From an uncultured Desulfatibacillum sp. (GTDB lineage Bacteria; Desulfobacterota; Desulfobacteria; Desulfobacterales; SpSt-501): DNA of 58,353 nucleotides. The notes beneath the pieces were generated by a model. That model had not been told where the DNA came from. It saw only the letters and a list, made by a program, of their open reading frames with translations, and did no database searches. Made by a program: the position numbers and the translations under genes. Below are positions 53,178 through 58,353 of this stretch, in pieces. Position 1 is the stretch's first letter, and each line of letters begins with the position of its first letter. The stretch covers positions 9,263 through 67,615 of the forward strand of contig CAZLSV010000012.1 of the NCBI GenBank assembly GCA_964562235.1. Reading direction: 5' to 3'.

Positions 53178-53220
53178 AAATCCCCAGGCTGGAAACTTTT
53201 CAGCCCTGGGGATTTTTTAT
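53178..53220 (+). terminator. Riboswitch expression-platform intrinsic terminator
   Basis: AAATCCCCAGG...CCTGGGGATTT stem followed by a T6 run (53213..53218), 32 nt before the ThiC-like start. Confidence 0.8.
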
Positions 53221-53251
53221 TTGGCCCGGGGCCGGACGCAAGCGAAAGGAG

Positions 53252-54574
53252 ATGGGTATGCAAGGCACACAGCTTGAATTGGCAATCGCCGGGGTTACGA
53301 CGCCGCAGATGGCCGCCGTGGCCGAATCCGAGGGTCTGGAAGCCGAGGGGGTCAGAGCCCGGATCGCCGAAGGGCAGATCGTTCTGCCCTTGAACCGGAA
53401 CCGAGCCTGCCGGCAAATCGGCATCGGCCGGGGGCTTCGCACCAAGGTGAACGCCTCGATCGGAACCTCGACCGACATCGCCGATGTGGAGGCGGAAATC
53501 CGCAAGGCCCTGGCCGCCGAGGCCGCCGGCGCGGACACGTTGATGGAGCTTTCGGTCGGCGGCGACCTGGACCGGATCCGGCGCGAGGTTCTGGGGGCCG
53601 TCCGCCTGCCGGTGGGCAACGTGCCGCTGTACCAGGCGTTCTGCGAAGCCATCCGCCGCTACGGCGACCCTAACCGGCTGGACGAGGAGATGCTTTTCGA
53701 CACCATCGAGCAGCAGTGCGCCGACGGCATCAGCTTCATGGCGATCCACTGCGGCATCAACCTCTACACCATCGAGCGGCTGGAGAAGCAGGGCTATCGC
53801 TACGGCGGCCTGGTCAGCAAGGGCGGGGCCTCCATGGTGGCCTGGATGAAGTCCAACCGCCGGGAAAACCCGCTTTACGCCAGGTTCGACCGCGTGGTCT
53901 CGATCCTGAAGAAATACGACGTGGTGCTCTCCCTCGGAAACGGGCTGAGGGCCGGCTCGATCGGCGACTCCTTCGACCGCGCCATGATCCAGGAGCTGTT
54001 GATCAACTGCGAACTGGCCGAGGAAGGCCGCCGGATGGGCTGTCAGATGATGGTGGAGGGGCCGGGGCACGTCCCCCTGGAGGAGATCGAGGCCAACATC
54101 ATCTTGCAGAAGCGCATGAGCAACCACGCGCCCTATTACATGCTGGGGCCGCTGCCCACCGACATCGGCGCCGGGTACGACCACGTGGCCGCCGCCATCG
54201 GCGCGGCCCAGTCGGCCCGCTACGGTGCGGACCTGATCTGCTACATCACCCCGGCCGAGCACCTCGCCCTGCCGAACGAAGCCGATGTGGTCGAAGGCGT
54301 CAAGGTGGCGCGCCTGGCGGTGCACATCGGGGATCTGGTCAAGAACCCCCGCTCCACCCGCGGGCGCGACCTGGCCATGAGCCGGGCGCGCCGGGACCTG
54401 GACTGGGACGGCCAGTTCCGAAACGCCCTGTTCCCCCAGGATGCCCTGCGCATCCGCAGCGAGCGCCTGCCGGAATGCGATGCCAAGGTCTGCACGATGT
54501 GCGGGGAGTTCTGCGCCAACCGGGCCTCGAACGGGCTGTTTGCGGAGGCCTTGCGACATAGCCGGAAAGCCTGA
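53252..54574 (+). CDS. bzaF: ThiC-family radical SAM enzyme; the B12-riboswitch context suggests 5-hydroxybenzimidazole synthase (BzaF-type) rather than HMP-P synthase
   Basis: ThiC-like throughout (GLRTKVNASIGTS, MVEGPGHVPL, GPLPTDIGAGYDHV, ITPAEHLALP, C-terminal CTMCGEFCA). Conserved ThiC positions deviate (SLGNGLRAGSIGDSFDRAM). The second ATG at 53258 has better SD spacing. Confidence 0.7.
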   Translation: MGMQGTQLELAIAGVTTPQMAAVAESEGLEAEGVRARIAEGQIVLPLNRNRACRQIGIGRGLRTKVNASIGTSTDIADVEAEIRKALAAEAAGADTLMELSVGGDLDRIRREVLGAVRLPVGNVPLYQAFCEAIRRYGDPNRLDEEMLFDTIEQQCADGISFMAIHCGINLYTIERLEKQGYRYGGLVSKGGASMVAWMKSNRRENPLYARFDRVVSILKKYDVVLSLGNGLRAGSIGDSFDRAMIQELLINCELAEEGRRMGCQMMVEGPGHVPLEEIEANIILQKRMSNHAPYYMLGPLPTDIGAGYDHVAAAIGAAQSARYGADLICYITPAEHLALPNEADVVEGVKVARLAVHIGDLVKNPRSTRGRDLAMSRARRDLDWDGQFRNALFPQDALRIRSERLPECDAKVCTMCGEFCANRASNGLFAEALRHSRKA

Positions 54575-54647
54575 AACATTTGAATTGCCTATTGATGACC
54601 CGGTGTGGTTTAAGATAGGATTCGACTGATACGCCGCCTGCGGCCGG

Positions 54648-54684
54648 CCCATCTCCAGGCCTCTGACTGGGGCCTGGGGATGGG
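54648..54684. other. Strong GC hairpin downstream of the ThiC-like gene
   Basis: CCCATCTCCAGGCC-(9 nt)-GGCCTGGGGATGGG matches at 13 of 14 positions. An A-run rather than a T-run follows on the plus strand. Confidence 0.4.
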
Positions 54685-54785
54685 AAAAAGCACCGCGCGT
54701 GCCGGGTTTGAAGATTCCCGCCGCAAGCCGCGGGGAAGGCACTCGCTATTGCGGTTCCACCGCCGGCGACCAAAAGGAGGAGCCG

Positions 54786-55849
54786 ATGCCCGCCCACGTC
54801 TACCGCGATCTGTTGAAAGTCATGCAAGCCCGCCGGGGGCGCTACGCCGGCATGGACATTCCGGAATTCTACGAACTGGTCGAACACCTCTTCACCCCGG
54901 AGCAGGCCACCCTCAACAACGCCCTGCCCTCGCACCCGACGGCCGCGACGCGGCTGCGACGGCCCGCGCCCTGGAAGAGATGGCCGACCAGGGGCTCTGC
55001 ATGACCTTCCTCCTGGACGGAAAGCGGGTCTACCAAGGGGCGCCCTTCATTCCGGGCATCTTCGAGTACCAGTTCATGTCCGGCCGCGCGACCGTTCGGG
55101 AGCGGCGGACAGCCGAGCTGATTCATGCCTACAAGGCCGCTTTCGATGCCGCCGCGGGCGAGCCTCGGATCACTTTCCCGCTCACCCGGGTCATCCCCGT
55201 GGAGCGCGCCATCCAGGCCGGCAACACCATCCACACCTACGACCAGGTGGCCACCTACATCGACAAATACGATTCCATCGGAGTGGGGACCTGCTACTGC
55301 CGGCACACGGCCAAACTGCGCGGCCAGGAGACCCACGGTATGCCCATGGATGTGTGCATGTGGTTCGGAAAAGGCGCCGAATACGCCATCGAGCGCCTCG
55401 GCGGACGGCGGCTCAGCAAGGAGGAGGCGAAAAAGCTCCTGGACGCCACCGAGGAGGCCGGCCTGCTGCACATGAGCCGCAACACCACCGAGGAGATCGA
55501 TTTTCTGTGCAACTGCGACCGCTGGCACTGCGGGGTGGTCTCCTCCGTTCTGAAACAGCCGAAGCCCGGCTGGATCTTCAATTCGGGATTTCAGCCGGCC
55601 TTCGACCCGGAGCGATGCACGGCCTGCGAGACCTGCCTGGACCGCTGCCCGGCAACCGCCCTCGCCATGGGGGCCGCCGACCTGCCGCAGGTGGACCTGG
55701 AGCGCTGCTTCGGGTGCGCGATCTGCGCCACCGGCTGCCCGGAAGATGCCGTTCAGATGAGGGCCAAGCCGGGGTTTCCGACCCCGCCGCGCGACACGGC
55801 CCAACTGGTGGCCGCCGTGAAAGCGAGCATCGCCAAACCGGCCGGGTGA
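54786..55849 (+). pseudogene. 4Fe-4S dicluster-domain protein, apparently frameshifted near codon 50
   Basis: MPAHVYRDLLKVMQARRGRYAGMDIPEFYELVEHLFTPEQATLNNALPS (frame of track ORF 54699, ATG 54786 after AAAGGAGG) continues sensibly only in the frame of track ORF 54680 (..RDAAATARALEEMADQGLCMTFLLDGK ... CTACETCLDRCP ... CFGCAICATGCP). The switch lies at about 54925..54950. Confidence 0.6.
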
Positions 55850-55890
55850 GTCCTGGCCGCCAGGCCCGATCACGGCTCGAGGAGGTGAGC

Positions 55891-56175
55891 ATGCCTGCCT
55901 TTCTGATTGGTCACATCACGGTCAAAGACCCACTGCTCTGGAAAACTTACGTCGCCGGGGTCCAGAAATCCTTGACCCCTTTCGGGGCTGACGTCATATT
56001 CCGGGGAACGCGCGCGGCCGTTCTCTGCGGCGAACACGACCACCGGAGCACCGTCGTCATCAGGTTTTTGGACCAACCCGCGCTGCAAGGCTGGTACGCG
56101 TCAAAAGCCTACCAGGACCTGATCCCCATTCGCGACCAGGCCGCGGACGTGGTGTTGATAAGCTATGATGCCTGA
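55891..56175 (+). CDS. DUF1330-domain protein
   Basis: MPAFLIGHITVKDPLLWKTYVAGVQKSLTPFGADVIFRG. ATG 55891 follows GGAGG. Confidence 0.7.
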   Translation: MPAFLIGHITVKDPLLWKTYVAGVQKSLTPFGADVIFRGTRAAVLCGEHDHRSTVVIRFLDQPALQGWYASKAYQDLIPIRDQAADVVLISYDA

Positions 56176-56707
56176 GGGTGCCGGCACACGGAAGGGAGAT
56201 CAGAAATTGACTTCGATCGAGTGCATCGACTCCTCACCGGTTCAGCGGGTCGTGCAATTCAGGATCAAACCCGGTTCGGATCTTCTGCAGGCGATCGCCG
56301 AAGCGCTGAAGACGGAAAGGGTTCGGGCCGGGGTTTTTGTTTCCGGGTTGGGGGCCCTTCGCAAAGGGATTTTTCGAAACCTCAAAGTGTTTCCGGAAAA
56401 ATTCCCTGTGCGACCTGAAGACCGCCTCTATCTGGAAATCACCACGCCCATGGAACTGGTGTCGTTGACGGGTTGGATCGCCCCCCGGGACGATGGGGAC
56501 CCGGAAATCCATGCCCACTTCGCCGCCTCCACGGTCCAAAACGACACCGTCCTCACCCTGGGGGGCCACCTGACGGAAGGCACCATCTGCGGGATCAAAG
56601 TGGTGGTCGCGGTTCTGGTGACAGGCGAGGACCGTGTGCGTGCCGTCGTGGATCCGCACACCAAATCCTTCGATATTTCCTTCGGCGAAAACGCCGGGCA
56701 AGGCTAA
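56165..56707 (+). CDS. PPC (DUF296) domain protein
   Basis: VQFRIKPGSDLLQAIAEAL ... LVSLTGWIA ... EIHAHFAAS ... GGHL. It overlaps the previous stop. Confidence 0.65.
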   Translation: MMPEGAGTRKGDQKLTSIECIDSSPVQRVVQFRIKPGSDLLQAIAEALKTERVRAGVFVSGLGALRKGIFRNLKVFPEKFPVRPEDRLYLEITTPMELVSLTGWIAPRDDGDPEIHAHFAASTVQNDTVLTLGGHLTEGTICGIKVVVAVLVTGEDRVRAVVDPHTKSFDISFGENAGQG

Positions 56708-56739
56708 CCGTGTCCAGGGAAGCCGTCGTTCCGAAGCGA

Positions 56740-57642
56740 ATGCCGATGGGGTGGGCATGGGCGGGGGCGCTGCTGTGGCTTCTCAGCGCCGTGCCATCCG
56801 AGGCCTGCACCCTTTGGGGGGCGGTCGGAGATGCGGTTGAAGGCGGAGGCACGCTGGTCGCCAAGAACCGCGACTGGGCCCCCGATCACCGGCAGGAGCT
56901 GGTCGTTCTATCGCCGTCGGAAGGCTACAGGTCCGTGGCCTTGATGGCGGTCGGCAACGACGATCCCGGCATCAAGGCGGGAGTGAACGAAAAGGGCCTG
57001 GTCATCGTCAGCGCCACGGCCGGCCAGTTTCCGAGCGCCGAGCGGAAAAAAATCCAGCAGAAAAGAGAGCTGATGCGTCACTTCCTGGCCTCCTGTGCGA
57101 GCGTCGAGGAGGTCTTGAAGCATGTCGAGCTGATGCGCCGCCCGGTGTTTTACCTGGTGGGCGACCGGAGCGAGCTGGCCGTGATCGAAGTGGCCCCCGA
57201 CGGACGCCGCTCGGTAACGCGCAGGGTTTCCGGCACCCTGAACCACACGAACCACTATTGCGCGATCGAGCCTCCGGGGCTCAAACGCAAACCCGGCGCC
57301 AGCAGCCTGCTGCGCCAGGAACGAATCCAGGAGCTGCTGAAAACGCCTGGAAGGCCCTTTGATTTTGAAGGGTTCATCCGCTTCAGCGAGGACCGGAACG
57401 CCGGGCCGGACAACAGCATCTGGCGCACCGGCAGCGACCCGGCCAAGCAGCGCACCCTGGCCACGTGGCTGGTATCGGTCCCCCCATCCGGCAGCCCGCA
57501 GCTCTTTCTCAGGACTGCCGACCCTGGGGAACCCGAACGCACCTGCCGCCTGTCCGTCGAAGAAGCACTGCGCCTGAAAGGCTACGACCGGATCCCGCTG
57601 ACGGCCGGTCTTTGCAGCGGGCCGGCCCCAAGGACATTTTAG
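56740..57642 (+). CDS. Secreted Ntn-hydrolase (C45/choloylglycine-hydrolase-like) with an N-terminal Cys nucleophile
   Basis: Signal peptide MPMGWAWAGALLWLLSAVPSEA followed by CTLWGAVGD...TLVAKNRDW. The track ORF starts upstream in non-coding-looking sequence. Confidence 0.65.
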   Translation: MPMGWAWAGALLWLLSAVPSEACTLWGAVGDAVEGGGTLVAKNRDWAPDHRQELVVLSPSEGYRSVALMAVGNDDPGIKAGVNEKGLVIVSATAGQFPSAERKKIQQKRELMRHFLASCASVEEVLKHVELMRRPVFYLVGDRSELAVIEVAPDGRRSVTRRVSGTLNHTNHYCAIEPPGLKRKPGASSLLRQERIQELLKTPGRPFDFEGFIRFSEDRNAGPDNSIWRTGSDPAKQRTLATWLVSVPPSGSPQLFLRTADPGEPERTCRLSVEEALRLKGYDRIPLTAGLCSGPAPRTF

Positions 57643-57829
57643 GGCAGACTGGCCGCGCTTTGAGCTCCGCATTCCGCCGCTTCCTCAACCCCAACCGTCG
57701 AGAGGGTGCGCCATGACCCGCCGCGACTTCGCCCGAATGCCTTTGCTTCCGAGGGTCCTGGCATTGCCGGGCTTCGTGCTTATTATGTGGCGAAAAATGT
57801 TGAACCCATCAAACGGAACGAGGAAAGCG

Positions 57830-58353
57830 ATGAAGAATTCCCCGCATACGATCGGCAGACCAATTTGTCGGGCAGCCGTTTGGCTGGCCGCACTCGCCTT
57901 TTCCGTGTTCACGGCATCCGCCGGCCTGGCACAGGCCGGCGCAGGGGCGCCCCCCCCGCCCCCGTCCCTGGTGGTTACCGGGACCGGGGAGGTTTCGGCG
58001 CCGCCCGATCGCTCCATGGTGAGCCTCGGGGCCGTGGTCGAGGCCAAAAACGCCCTGGACGCCCAGAAGCAGATCGCCCAGGTCATGCAGCGGGTGATCA
58101 AGGAGATCAAGGCGCAGGGCATCCCGGAGGAAAAAATCCGCACCGCCGGCCTGTCCCTGAACCCCGTTTACTCCCACCCCGCCCCCAAGGTCGGCCAGGA
58201 GCCGGAAGCCCCGCGCATCGTCGGCTACCGGGCCTCCAACACGGTCCGGGTGCAGGTCGATGACATGGAACGGGTGGGCGCGGTGATCGATGCCGGCATC
58301 GGCGCCGGCGCCAACCAGCTCAACAGCCTCTCTTTCGATTTGCGCGACGACCT
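57830..58353 (+). CDS. SIMPL (DUF541) domain periplasmic protein, 3'-truncated by the window end
   Basis: This ORF is not in the track. ATG 57830 gives MKNSPHTIGRPICRAAVWLAALAFSVFTASAGLAQA... then LVVTGTGEVSAPPDRSMVSLGAVVEAKNALDAQKQ ... IVGYRASNTVRVQVDDMERVGAVIDAGIGAGANQLNSLSFDLRDD. Confidence 0.75.
   Translation, partial: MKNSPHTIGRPICRAAVWLAALAFSVFTASAGLAQAGAGAPPPPPSLVVTGTGEVSAPPDRSMVSLGAVVEAKNALDAQKQIAQVMQRVIKEIKAQGIPEEKIRTAGLSLNPVYSHPAPKVGQEPEAPRIVGYRASNTVRVQVDDMERVGAVIDAGIGAGANQLNSLSFDLRDD

Noticed and set aside
52890-53251. Expectation of a TPP (THI-box) riboswitch upstream of the thiC-like gene
   Set aside because: No CUGAGA/ACCUGAUCUGGAUAAUGCC-type THI-box is present. The leader instead carries the cobalamin core and the B12 box.
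52373-54742. 789-aa minus-strand ORF opposite the riboswitch and the ThiC-like gene
   Set aside because: It is a shadow frame. It crosses a clearly structured riboswitch and is antisense to a gene with strong ThiC-family motifs.

Overview
This is a 58.4-kb, mostly GC-rich bacterial chromosomal segment with about 50 protein genes, one riboswitch, and no rRNA, tRNA or CRISPR array that I could find. Gene content includes ileS-lspA, holA, rfbA, panB, a TctABC transporter, a sigma-54 activator, a LarA homolog and a cobalamin riboswitch in front of a ThiC paralog. That content fits an anaerobic Desulfobacterota-like (deltaproteobacterial) genome, but the taxon is inference only.

Housekeeping and metabolic genes occupy about 29.0-41.5 kb and 46-58.3 kb. 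Three blocks look accessory.

(i) 1-14.6 kb holds a frameshifted AbiE-like HTH/nucleotidyltransferase pair and an 890-aa RelA/SpoT-TPR-SLOG-RyR fusion with a divergent Nudix gene. It also holds an HTH-less sigma-54 activator facing a sigma-54 promoter. That promoter drives a tight five-gene operon: a ClpB-like AAA+, an AAA_5/MoxR-like AAA+, a VWA protein, an unknown protein, and an FG-GAP-like membrane protein.

(ii) About 16.5-28.9 kb is a compositionally patchy island. It contains a DUF4062-NACHT-TPR STAND NTPase and a three-gene operon that I regard as the best candidate for an undescribed system. The operon encodes a TIR protein, a TIR-like/phosphofructokinase-family fusion, and a Nudix-cupin fusion.

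(iii) 41.6-45.9 kb is a lower-GC block with a truncated epoxide-hydrolase remnant, a PLP decarboxylase, and a LysR regulator paired with a tartrate-dehydrogenase-like gene.

Many long ORFs in the six-frame track are GC-driven shadow frames and were rejected. All domain calls come from motifs read by eye, and no searches were run.
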